A stretch of DNA of 64,000 nucleotides from an uncultured Eubacteriales bacterium (GTDB lineage Bacteria; Bacillota; Clostridia; Lachnospirales; Lachnospiraceae), in contig ONPU01000007.1 of the NCBI GenBank assembly GCA_900319795.1, forward strand, positions 8,763-72,762, written 5' to 3'. A model generated the notes under the pieces. The model made no database searches. It was not told the DNA's origin and was given only the letters and a program-made list of their open reading frames with translations. The position numbers and the translations under genes are program-made. Below, piece after piece: positions 27,536-36,720 of the stretch; positions within the stretch are counted from its first letter, which is position 1; every line of letters begins with the position of its first letter.

Positions 27536-28858
27536 ATGGATGCCAGAACGATCAAAAGGCTGAGACTGAAGTTCATATTGATTTCGACGGTGACGTACTT
27601 CCTGGTCATGATCTTCATGGGCCTGTTCATTAATGCGTCAAATATTCTCCTGTCCCGCCAGCAGATCCACACCGTCCTCAGCTACATGCTGGCTGAGGAA
27701 ATGAAATCCGACGATGAGAGATCTGAAGAAAACCCGCAATCTGACGAGACCGAGAACGAGAACGAGGACGCGGTCAAGGACGGCCAGAAGGACGACCATG
27801 ACAAAGCCGAGCATCATGAGAACATGCTGAACCAGTTTTCTGCCGAGTTCCGTTATTCAGCACGCTATTTTTCCGCCATTTTGGATAAAAATGGTTCCCC
27901 GACCGAGATCAAAACCGCCCATATCATGGCCCTCACAAGGGAAGAGGCGTCGGCGATGGCGGTGAAAGCATTTTCAAAGAAGAGAAGATTCGGGCGCGAC
28001 GGAGATTATTATTATGAAAAAGCGGTCGATGAGAATGAGTATACGCATATCATTTTTCTGAACTGCTCGGCACAGATTGCGCAGAATATGCGGATTCTGT
28101 ACATTTCCATGCTGATCGCAGCGGCGGGCCTTCTGATTACGCTCGTGCTCGTGTACATTTCCTCGTACCGCATGATCCAGCCGGAAATGGAAAATATCCG
28201 CCGTCAGAAACAATTTATCACAAATGCAAGCCACGAGCTGAAGACTCCTTTAGCGGTCATCCGCGCAAACAACGAAATTGAGGAAATGATCCACGGCCCG
28301 AGCGAATGGACCGAGTCCACGATGCGCCAGGTCGAGCGTCTGGACGGCCTCATCCGGAACCTTGTCCTCATCACCCGCGCGCAGGAAAAGGAGGACCGCT
28401 CCGTCATGACGCGCGTCAACGTCACGCAGCCGGTTGAGGAAACCGTCGGCCCGTACGAGTCGATCGCGCAGCAGGAGCACAAGGAACTCATTCTGAATCT
28501 GCAGCCGGACATCGAGTTCGTCGCTGACGAGAGCAAAATCCGTCAGCTCGCGTCGCTCCTCATTGACAACGCATTTAAATATTGTGATGAAAACGGGCGT
28601 GTGACATTTACGCTTGATACACTGAAAAAAGGGCGCACTCTGCGCATGATCTGTTCCAACAGTTACGCCGAAGGGGCGAGCGTCGACTACAGCCGCTTCT
28701 TTGACCGTTTCTACCGCGAAGATTCTTCGCACAATACCGACAAGGGCGGATACGGCATCGGCCTGTCCATCGCGGAATCCATCTGCCAGCAGTACGGCGG
28801 CTCGATCGATGTCTCCTGGAAGGATGGGGAGATCAGTTTTACCTGCCTGCTGAACTGA
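27536..28858 (+). CDS. sensor histidine kinase
   Basis: Two TM segments, ASHELKTPL, IDNAFKY, FDRFYR, GYGIGLSIA. Confidence 0.9.
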   Translation: MDARTIKRLRLKFILISTVTYFLVMIFMGLFINASNILLSRQQIHTVLSYMLAEEMKSDDERSEENPQSDETENENEDAVKDGQKDDHDKAEHHENMLNQFSAEFRYSARYFSAILDKNGSPTEIKTAHIMALTREEASAMAVKAFSKKRRFGRDGDYYYEKAVDENEYTHIIFLNCSAQIAQNMRILYISMLIAAAGLLITLVLVYISSYRMIQPEMENIRRQKQFITNASHELKTPLAVIRANNEIEEMIHGPSEWTESTMRQVERLDGLIRNLVLITRAQEKEDRSVMTRVNVTQPVEETVGPYESIAQQEHKELILNLQPDIEFVADESKIRQLASLLIDNAFKYCDENGRVTFTLDTLKKGRTLRMICSNSYAEGASVDYSRFFDRFYREDSSHNTDKGGYGIGLSIAESICQQYGGSIDVSWKDGEISFTCLLN

Positions 28859-28867
28859 TTCTTTTTT

Positions 28868-28932
28868 TGCACCAAAGGTGCCAGACCCCTGTGGTACACT
28901 TCGCACCACAGGGGTCTGGCACCTTTGGTGCA
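28868..28932. repeat. inverted doublet of family B elements
   Basis: TGCACCAAAGGTGCCAGACCCCTGTGGTACA-CTT-CGCACCACAGGGGTCTGGCACCTTTGGTGCA. Confidence 0.9.
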
Positions 28933-28970
28933 CCTTTGGCGTAGAATTCTCTACGAATTGATGTAAAAAT

Positions 28971-29000
28971 TTGCCAATTGCATACTAATTCGTGTATAAT
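28971..29000 (+). promoter_or_regulatory. putative promoter of the pil cluster
   Basis: TTGCCA-N18-TATAAT. Confidence 0.45.
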
Positions 29001-29084
29001 TAGCTTGTATGTTTGGCTGTTTTTTGAACAGCGATTGTTCGTTATGCAACAGCGCATCTTTTTACGAGGTAATCAGAAAGATCT

Positions 29085-29747
29085 ATGATTCAGACGATCC
29101 GGAAAAAACTGAAATCCGAAGACGGCGCGTCCCTTATGCTTGCGCTGCTCTTTTTCGTGATCTGCGCAATGGTGGCCTCGGTGATCCTGGCGGCGGCGAC
29201 GGCTGCGGCGGGGAGGATTTCGAAGCTGGAGGAGACTGACAGGAACAGGCTTGCGATGGAATGTGCTGCGTCGATTCTTGAAGAGCAGTTAAATGGCTGG
29301 ACATATCAGCTTACATATACTGGAACAGCAACCCATATTGATGAAGTAATTGAAAATAGATGGTTCAATGATGCAAATATTTACACCGATGAGGACGGAA
29401 ACAAAGAAGCACATAGGAACCTGCTTTTGGCAGATATTATTGAAACGCGGTTGAAAAGTAAGATCAACGATACTCTCACCAAATTCACACCTCAGGAATT
29501 CGAGCTGTCAGTTATCGGATATTCAGAAAAACAAATACCAAAAGTAACGGTTGAGGTCACCAAGATTGAAGATGACGACTTTACCGTAATACTGAAACTA
29601 TCCACAGGAAATTCCGGAGAAATGTATCTGACATTTGCCGGAGACTATAAAGCACCTCATAGTGAAACGATCAACGGAGTAACGACTGAACATGCGGAAA
29701 TTGCCTGGCGAACGTATACGGCAATATTCAATGATGGGGAATATTAA
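29085..29747 (+). CDS. minor pilin-like protein (PilX/GspK-like, no Glu5)
   Basis: Class III signal IRKKLKSEDG|ASLMLALLFFVI. Confidence 0.75.
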   Translation: MIQTIRKKLKSEDGASLMLALLFFVICAMVASVILAAATAAAGRISKLEETDRNRLAMECAASILEEQLNGWTYQLTYTGTATHIDEVIENRWFNDANIYTDEDGNKEAHRNLLLADIIETRLKSKINDTLTKFTPQEFELSVIGYSEKQIPKVTVEVTKIEDDDFTVILKLSTGNSGEMYLTFAGDYKAPHSETINGVTTEHAEIAWRTYTAIFNDGEY

Positions 29748-29754
29748 AAATATT

Positions 29755-30114
29755 ATGAAATCGTTATTTCAGAAAATTAGACGAAAGCTGAATGTCAAGG
29801 GCGAGTCTATGGCTGAGGTGCTGGTAGCAGCTCTCATCATCGAGCTTGCGCTTATCGCTGCGGCGTCCATGATCATCTCAGCAGGCAATATTATCAGAAA
29901 ATCAAAGGCCAAATATGATGCTTATTATACTACAAAGAATGAAATTGCCCGCGAAGAGAATTTAGTGGATGACAGTGATGACAGTGATGACAGTGATAAA
30001 AAGAAAGTGGAAATAAAAGCGAAAAACGGGTCAGCTGTTTTTCGCATAGACGTTGATGTGAAAAAGACAAATTCAGACAAACCGATCTACATTTATGAGA
30101 AAGCCGGTTCATAA
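29755..30114 (+). CDS. minor pilin-like protein (PilV-like)
   Basis: IRRKLNVKG|ESMAEVLVAALII. Confidence 0.75.
   Translation: MKSLFQKIRRKLNVKGESMAEVLVAALIIELALIAAASMIISAGNIIRKSKAKYDAYYTTKNEIAREENLVDDSDDSDDSDKKKVEIKAKNGSAVFRIDVDVKKTNSDKPIYIYEKAGS
29968..29997. repeat. 9-bp tandem repeat (GATGACAGT x3.3) encoding DDS repeats
   Basis: Direct reading of the sequence. Confidence 0.85.
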
Positions 30115-30163
30115 ATAGTCTGCATTAAATGGTAAATCAAATTATTTTTAGCAGAGGAAACTT

Positions 30164-30814
30164 ATGCTGAAAGAAATTCGTAAAAAACTGAAGAGCACTG
30201 CTGCTTTTTCATTGTCAGAAACCCTGATGGCTGTTTTGCTGCTCTCCATTGTGTTTACTGCTGTCAGCGGTGGTGTTGTCGTGATGCAGAGAGATTATGA
30301 CAAGATTGTGGTTCGCGCCGAACAGCAGACATCTCTGGCTACGACGGTTTCAGTAATTACTGCTGATCTGGAGTCTGCGTCTAAAATAACAACGGATGGG
30401 ACAAATGTAGTATGTTTCTATGCAACAAGGAGGAATCAGTTCATCCGCTATGTGCAGGGAAAAAAGAACGAAGCTTATAATGAAATTGTAACGGTAAATC
30501 CCGAGACGGCAACCTTCGCCGACATAAATACTCTCGGCGGGAGCATTTATGTCGGCACTACCGATGGAACGGCAAAACTTCTGACAAAATCAACCCCGCT
30601 TTTATCGAGCGCGGCAGCAGAGGTCTTCCATTCCGGTAATTCTGCGAATGCCAGATTAAAGACCGCTGTAAGTCCAATTACTTACGTGGCTGACAATTCA
30701 GGAAAATATGTCAAATATTTCACTGTAACAGTCGGAGTAGCAGCTAAAGGTGCAAGCCAGAATGAGTATATTACGATCAATGTGAAACCATATAATCATA
30801 TTCCTCTGACATGA
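30164..30814 (+). CDS. minor pilin-like protein (PilW-like)
   Basis: IRKKLKSTAA|FSLSETLMAVLLL. Confidence 0.75.
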   Translation: MLKEIRKKLKSTAAFSLSETLMAVLLLSIVFTAVSGGVVVMQRDYDKIVVRAEQQTSLATTVSVITADLESASKITTDGTNVVCFYATRRNQFIRYVQGKKNEAYNEIVTVNPETATFADINTLGGSIYVGTTDGTAKLLTKSTPLLSSAAAEVFHSGNSANARLKTAVSPITYVADNSGKYVKYFTVTVGVAAKGASQNEYITINVKPYNHIPLT

Positions 30815-30886
30815 TTGTTATCCCGGCTTTAAGGGGACGAACAGTGAAGGCCGGGGAGTAAACATTTTCAAAAGGAGTAACATCCA

Positions 30887-32677
30887 ATGAAGTACAAACG
30901 ACTGGGGGAAATGCTGGTCGACGTCGGTGTCCTCACCGAAGACCAGCTGACAGAAGCACTCGGCAAGCAGAAAGGGTCCGGCAAACGTCTCGGAACCGTT
31001 CTCGTCGATGAAAAATACATCACCGAGACTCAGCTGATCGAGACTCTGCGCATGCAGCTCGGTATTGATTTCATCGATCTCAACAATGTGAAGATCGATC
31101 CGTCCATGGCCACGCTCGTGCCGAAGAACATCGCGCGGGCGAACCGCGTGGTGCCGGTGAGGGTGGTCCGCGATACGCTGTACCTCGCGATGGAGGATCC
31201 GATGAACTTCCCGGCGGTCGAGACCGTGCGCAACACGACCAAGAAGCGCGTGGTGCCGATGATCGCCTATTCCCAGTCGATTGAGCGCGCCCTGACGACT
31301 CTTTATGAAAATGAAGGCGCCGCCCGCGCCATGGAAGAAATGCGCGAAGAAGGTGGATTCGTCTCCGAAGAAGGCCGCAGCGGCATTCTTGACAATGATG
31401 AGACAAATGCCGCGCCGACCGTCAAGCTTGTCAACTCCATTCTTGAGCGCGGCATTACCGAAAAGGCGTCCGATATCCATGTCGAACCGCGTGAAAATGG
31501 CATGGTTGTCCGCTTCCGCGTGGACGGCCGTCTGAATACGATCCTGGAGATTCCGAAGGAGCTGCAGGCGGCGGTCATTTCCAGATTTAAAGTTATGGCG
31601 GGAATGAATATCGCAGAGCGCAGGATCCCGCAGGACGGTCGTGCCCTTGTTCACCGTACGGACGGCACGGACATTGACATGCGTCTCAACTCGCTGCCGA
31701 CCATTTACGGAGAGAAGATTGTTATCCGACTCCTGATGCGTGAAAGCTCGACGCTGACGAGACGCGGGATCGGTATTACGGAGCGGGATAATGCGAAATT
31801 TGACCGCATTTTGAAAAATACCAGCGGCGTGATCCTCATCGTCGGTCCCACCGGTTCCGGTAAGACGTCGACGCTGTATACGATGATCAACGAGCTGAAA
31901 GACGAAGCCGTCAATATGATTTCCCTCGAAGACCCGGTGGAATTCCAGATTGAAGGGGTCGCGCAGGTCGCGATCAATGAGAAGGTGGGGCTGACATTTG
32001 CGAGTGCGCTTCGCGCCTGCCTGCGTCAGGATCCGGATATCATCTGTATCGGGGAAATTCGTGACGGCGAGACTGCCGAAATCGCGATGCGCGCCGCTAT
32101 GACCGGCCACCTTGTGCTTTCCACGATTCATACTGAAGATACCGTCGCCGCCATCGACCGTCTGAAGGATATGGGAATTGAACCATATCTGATCGCCGGC
32201 GCTGTCCGCGGCGTTGTTTCGCAGAGACTTGTGCGCCGGATCTGCCCGAACTGCAAGGAAGAGTATAAGCCGGATCCGGATCTTGTCGAAATCGTCGGCA
32301 TGGACGAGGCAAGCATAAGAAAATCGAAATATACCGTGGATGAAGATGTATATGAGGCGACGGACGGAGCGTCCGGAGATGCCTCGGATGACGGGGTGGA
32401 AGAAACACCGGTCAAGAAGATCCGCTTCTATCACGGAGCCGGCTGCCATCAGTGCTTCGATTCCGGCTACCGCGGCAGAACCGGTGTTTTCGAGATCCTG
32501 CCTATCACCGCCCAGCTCCGTGACAAGATCAGTGAAGGCGTGACCGGCAGCGAGCTTCGAAGAGAAGTTTCGAAGGATCCGAATTTCGTGCCGATGATCG
32601 TCAACGGTCGCGATCTGGTCCGCGAAGGCGTGACCACGGTTGATGAGCTGGTCAGAACGATCGTGACTGTGGAATAA
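30887..32677 (+). CDS. pilB: type IV pilus assembly ATPase PilB/GspE
   Basis: MshEN-like RLGEMLV N-terminus, ASDIHVEP, GPTGSGKT, LRQDPD, CPNC..CHQC. Confidence 0.9.
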   Translation: MKYKRLGEMLVDVGVLTEDQLTEALGKQKGSGKRLGTVLVDEKYITETQLIETLRMQLGIDFIDLNNVKIDPSMATLVPKNIARANRVVPVRVVRDTLYLAMEDPMNFPAVETVRNTTKKRVVPMIAYSQSIERALTTLYENEGAARAMEEMREEGGFVSEEGRSGILDNDETNAAPTVKLVNSILERGITEKASDIHVEPRENGMVVRFRVDGRLNTILEIPKELQAAVISRFKVMAGMNIAERRIPQDGRALVHRTDGTDIDMRLNSLPTIYGEKIVIRLLMRESSTLTRRGIGITERDNAKFDRILKNTSGVILIVGPTGSGKTSTLYTMINELKDEAVNMISLEDPVEFQIEGVAQVAINEKVGLTFASALRACLRQDPDIICIGEIRDGETAEIAMRAAMTGHLVLSTIHTEDTVAAIDRLKDMGIEPYLIAGAVRGVVSQRLVRRICPNCKEEYKPDPDLVEIVGMDEASIRKSKYTVDEDVYEATDGASGDASDDGVEETPVKKIRFYHGAGCHQCFDSGYRGRTGVFEILPITAQLRDKISEGVTGSELRREVSKDPNFVPMIVNGRDLVREGVTTVDELVRTIVTVE

Positions 32678-32744
32678 GACGCGGGGCTTTTGAGTAAAGC
32701 CGCTGAAAGAGACCATTTTCCAAACAAGAATAAGGGAGAACAGC

Positions 32745-33923
32745 ATGGCACTTTCGATAGAGGAAATCATTGCAAAGGCAAAGGAAAACCGCGGTTCCGA
32801 CATTCATCTGGCGCTGGGCGTCCCGCCGAAATACCGTGTCGACGGCAAGCTGCAGAACCTGGTTGAGGAGGCTCTGACATATGAGGACTGCGAGGCCTAC
32901 GCGAAGAGGCTCGCGCGGGGCAGATACGACGAAATCGCCGAGATCGGCGAGCTCGACCTCGCGGAGACCATCGGAGGTTCCCGTGTCCGTATCAACCTCT
33001 TCCGCCAACAGGGAGCGGTGTCCGCGTCGCTTCGTATCCTGAGCGACAGGATTCCGAAGATCGAGGATCTCGGACTGCCGGGGCTGGTCGCGCAGTTCCC
33101 GACATGGCAGAAGGGCATTATCCTCGTGACCGGTGAAACCGGTTCCGGTAAATCGACGACCCTGGCGGCCATTCTGGATCAGATCAATCATACGAGACGC
33201 GAGCATATCATTACGCTCGAGGACCCGATCGAATACATTTACAAACCGGATCTGTGCCTCATCAACCAGAGGGACGTCGGCAAGGACACCCGCTGCTACG
33301 CGGACGGCCTTCGCGCGATCCTTCGTGAGGACCCGGATATCATTCTGATCGGCGAAATGCGTGACGGCGAGACGATCGAAACCGCGCTGACAGCGGCGGA
33401 GACCGGCCATCTCGTATTTGCGACATTGCATACGAATTCGGCGGCGGATTCGGTGGACCGTATCGTGGGAACATTTCCGGCGGAGCGGCAGCCGCAGATC
33501 CGTATGCAGCTTTCGACCTGCTTAAAGGCGGTGCTTTCCCAGCAGCTGCTCGTCCGCAAAGGCGGCAAAGGACGCTGCGCGGCCTGCGAGGCGATGCTGG
33601 TCACGCCGGCGATCAAGAACCTGATCCGCGAGGGCAAGACCCCGCAGATGCAGTCTTCGATTCTGGCGGCGTCCAACCTCGGCAGCATAACGATGGACAA
33701 CTGCCTGATCCGTATGGTCAAGGACGGGAAGATCTCGCCCGAGACAGCGGTGGAAGCGGCAGCGGACGCCGAATTTGTCAGCAATAACGTCAGCGGCATG
33801 GGCGGTTTCTCCGGCGGCGGCTTCGGCGCTTCGCAGGGAGTCGGAGGCATGCGCGGCGGCGCGGGTCAGCAGGGCGGTTTGCGCGGCGGCCAGGGCGGCA
33901 GCAGGTATACGCCGCTTCGGTAA
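32745..33923 (+). CDS. pilT: type IV pilus retraction ATPase
   Basis: GSDIHL, GETGSGKSTT, LREDPD, AETGHLVFATLHT, AIKNLIRE. Confidence 0.92.
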   Translation: MALSIEEIIAKAKENRGSDIHLALGVPPKYRVDGKLQNLVEEALTYEDCEAYAKRLARGRYDEIAEIGELDLAETIGGSRVRINLFRQQGAVSASLRILSDRIPKIEDLGLPGLVAQFPTWQKGIILVTGETGSGKSTTLAAILDQINHTRREHIITLEDPIEYIYKPDLCLINQRDVGKDTRCYADGLRAILREDPDIILIGEMRDGETIETALTAAETGHLVFATLHTNSAADSVDRIVGTFPAERQPQIRMQLSTCLKAVLSQQLLVRKGGKGRCAACEAMLVTPAIKNLIREGKTPQMQSSILAASNLGSITMDNCLIRMVKDGKISPETAVEAAADAEFVSNNVSGMGGFSGGGFGASQGVGGMRGGAGQQGGLRGGQGGSRYTPLR

Positions 33924-34035
33924 GGCATTTCATTGCTTCGGTGAAGCCAGAGCGGGAGCAGATATATGCCACTTTGCTGAGGCATTTCATTTTCAAAAAT
34001 AAGCATCAAAATCGGCACTAATCGGAGGACAATCG

Positions 34036-35247
34036 ATGACATCCTACAAATATTCAGCACTTTCGCCCGACGGCGCGCGTGTCAACGGCGTCATGGAGGC
34101 GATGGACGAGTACTCGGCCGTAGCCAAGATCAAGGCCCAGTATCCCGTCGTTCTGAAAATTGAAGAAGTCAAGACGTCGGAGACGCTCAGCTTCCTGAGC
34201 CAGGACATCAACAAAAAGGTGGATCCGAAGGCTCTTTCGGTGATGTGCTCCCAGTTCGCGATTATGCTCCGGTCCGGCCTCAACGTGGCAGTCTGCATGG
34301 AAATGATCGCCAACCAGACCGAGGACAAAAAAATCCGCAAAATGCTCCACGACTCCGCCGAAGACGTCGCCCAGGGCGCGTCCGTAGCGGCAAGTTTCGA
34401 GAAGAACTGCGAGGGGCTGCCGATTACATTTATCGAGACGGTGCGTGCGGGCGAACTTTCCGGTACGCTGGACCGCTCCTTTGAAACGCTGGAGGCCTAT
34501 TATTCAAGATCCTACCAGTTGGCACAGAAGATCCGTTCGGCGATGACCTACCCGATCTTCGTTCTCATTATCGCGATCGTCGTGCTTTTGGTCGTGATGA
34601 TCAAGGTCATCCCGACCCTGACGGCCGTTTTCGGAGACCTCGGCGGCGAGCTGCCGGCTATGACGCTCGCGCTCATTGCCATGTCGAATTTCTTCAGGAG
34701 ATGGTGGCCGCTGATTGTAGGCATCATCCTTCTCCTTGTGATCGGATCGATGGTCTACTCCAGAACGGAAAAGGGCAAGATCTTCTTCGGAAAACTGTTC
34801 CTGAAAATGCCTGTTCTCGGCAAGATCAACACCCTGAACGGCGCCGCCCAGTTCGCAACCACGATGTCCGCGCTGCTGCAGGCCGGTCTTTCGGTCAGCA
34901 ACGCGCTGGAAGTCACGTCGAAGGTGATGGACAACTACGTCCTCGGACTTGAAATGCGCAGAATCGTCGAAAAGGTGGAAGCCGGACACAGGCTGGGAGA
35001 CTGCATGCGGAAGGTGGAATATTTCCCGCAGATTCTGACGGAAATGACGGCCATCGGCGAGGAAACCGGTGAATTGGAAGGAACACTGGACGTCATCGGT
35101 GCCTATTATACAAATGAGTCGAATTACGCCGTAACGGACGCGATCAACAAGCTCGAGCCGACGATCATGGTCTTTATGGCAATATTTGCGGGATTTATCG
35201 TTATTTCGATCTATTTGCCGATGTTTACGATGTACGATTTGATGTGA
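34036..35247 (+). CDS. pilC: type IV pilus platform protein PilC/GspF
   Basis: Two T2SSF repeats (GELSGTL, GEETGEL, LEP), SAMTYP. Confidence 0.9.
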   Translation: MTSYKYSALSPDGARVNGVMEAMDEYSAVAKIKAQYPVVLKIEEVKTSETLSFLSQDINKKVDPKALSVMCSQFAIMLRSGLNVAVCMEMIANQTEDKKIRKMLHDSAEDVAQGASVAASFEKNCEGLPITFIETVRAGELSGTLDRSFETLEAYYSRSYQLAQKIRSAMTYPIFVLIIAIVVLLVVMIKVIPTLTAVFGDLGGELPAMTLALIAMSNFFRRWWPLIVGIILLLVIGSMVYSRTEKGKIFFGKLFLKMPVLGKINTLNGAAQFATTMSALLQAGLSVSNALEVTSKVMDNYVLGLEMRRIVEKVEAGHRLGDCMRKVEYFPQILTEMTAIGEETGELEGTLDVIGAYYTNESNYAVTDAINKLEPTIMVFMAIFAGFIVISIYLPMFTMYDLM

Positions 35248-35271
35248 TCGGAAAGAGATATTATTTTCAGG

Positions 35272-35730
35272 ATGAGAGAACACATTTTCCGAAAATTGAA
35301 AAACGATCGGGGCGGCGTATCCCGCCGGGAAGTGCTGCTGGTGACGCTGATTTCCCTGATGGTGCTGTTCTTTGTATATGAGGGCTACAAATGGTACCGC
35401 GACTCCCTCGCCCGCGGCGACGACAAAATGATGGTCAATACCGCGGAATCCGTTGGGCGGGTCAACTCAAATAACGGCCTCGGCTGCGTGGTAGACGGCT
35501 GCAGAGGCGGGCTCGGCGGGCATTGCGACCACTGGAACGGATTCGGGTATGTGGGCTATTTTGACAACGTCGGCAACTGTATTGTAGGGAAGAAACCGCG
35601 CGGGTATAATGAATACCCGGTGATGGAAGTCGACGGAAAGAAGTATTACGGTGAGCGGGGAACGATGGTGATCCGCGTGTACGGAAAGGATGCGAATGTG
35701 ACGCTCAGCTGGGAGCCGGGCAAATCATAA
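35272..35730 (+). CDS. pilin-like hypothetical protein
   Basis: RKLKNDRGG|VSRREVLLVTLISLMVLFF, a degenerate class III signal; Cys-containing C-terminus. Confidence 0.6.
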   Translation: MREHIFRKLKNDRGGVSRREVLLVTLISLMVLFFVYEGYKWYRDSLARGDDKMMVNTAESVGRVNSNNGLGCVVDGCRGGLGGHCDHWNGFGYVGYFDNVGNCIVGKKPRGYNEYPVMEVDGKKYYGERGTMVIRVYGKDANVTLSWEPGKS

Positions 35731-35738
35731 GGACGTCT

Positions 35739-36629
35739 ATGGCAGATACGACGATTACAATTTATATCTGTATAGTGGCCGCTGTGATCGGGACCGTCTT
35801 CGGCAGTTTCATCAATTGCTGTGCGTGGCGGGTCGTCAGGGGTGAGAATTTCATTTCCGGGAAAAGCCACTGCGCGGTGTGCGGACATCCGCTCGGCTTT
35901 TTCGACCTGATTCCGGTATTATCCTGGCTGTTCCTCCGGGGCAAATGCCGCTACTGCGGAGAGAAGATTTCGCCCCGCTACATGCTGACGGAACTTCTGA
36001 TGGGAGCGGTCGGAGCGATTCTTGTTCTGCGCTTCGGGCTCAGCACGGTGGCGGTGCGCTATTTCGGGCTGTGTGTGATTCTTCTGGGGCTTTCTCTGAC
36101 GGACCTCGACAGCAGGAAGATCCCGGACGGATTCATCGTTGCCGGCATCATCTGGTGGCTCGTGACGATTCCGGTCACGGCCGGCCCCAGCGGTTTCCCG
36201 GTCTTCGGGATCCGCGGCCTTACGGAAGGCCTGAGCGCGGCGGCGTCCGGGACGGAGTCGGCGGTCTGCGAAGCGGGCATTGGTTCACTGACGCATGCGG
36301 GAAGTATGCTTCAGGAACTCAAATACGGCCTCCTCGGCGGCGTGGGAATCGGCGGCGGGATGCTTGCCATTTCCCTTCTTTTTGACTATGTCATGAAGAA
36401 GGAATCGCTGGGCGGAGGAGACATCAAACTGTTTTTTATGACCGGCCTCTATCTGGGACTCGGAATCGGCCTCTTCAACCTGCTGTTGTCCTGCCTCGTG
36501 GGACTCTTCATGTCGGCAGTGCTGAAGAAACGGAAGATTCCGTTCGGCCCGGCGATCTCGCTGGCCTCGTTTATAAGCATATTGTTCGGGCCGACGGTGA
36601 TCCGCTGGTATGTGAGTCTGCTGCTGTGA
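35739..36629 (+). CDS. pilD: prepilin peptidase
   Basis: GSFIN, SHCAVC, GKCRYC, TDL, LGGGDIKL, IPFGPAI. Confidence 0.9.
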   Translation: MADTTITIYICIVAAVIGTVFGSFINCCAWRVVRGENFISGKSHCAVCGHPLGFFDLIPVLSWLFLRGKCRYCGEKISPRYMLTELLMGAVGAILVLRFGLSTVAVRYFGLCVILLGLSLTDLDSRKIPDGFIVAGIIWWLVTIPVTAGPSGFPVFGIRGLTEGLSAAASGTESAVCEAGIGSLTHAGSMLQELKYGLLGGVGIGGGMLAISLLFDYVMKKESLGGGDIKLFFMTGLYLGLGIGLFNLLLSCLVGLFMSAVLKKRKIPFGPAISLASFISILFGPTVIRWYVSLLL

Positions 36630-36691
36630 TAAGACACTGGGGACAGTCCCCACTGTCTTATAAGACACCGGGGACAGTCCCCACTGTCTTG
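36630..36691. repeat. family A tandem doublet immediately after the pilD stop
   Basis: 31-bp units at 36630-36660 and 36661-36691. Confidence 0.9.
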
Positions 36692-36720
36692 TCCGTGGTA
36701 CATAAAGGAGCTGAAAAAGT

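Noticed and set aside
29001-29084. c-di-GMP riboswitch before the pil operon
   Set aside because: Expected by analogy with C. difficile, but no class I or II signature is visible.
30818-32803. Long antisense ORFs (e.g. 661 aa here, also 1177-2283, 23733-24977, 37417-38691)
   Set aside because: Shadows of well-supported genes caused by GC-rich codon bias; no recognisable motifs.
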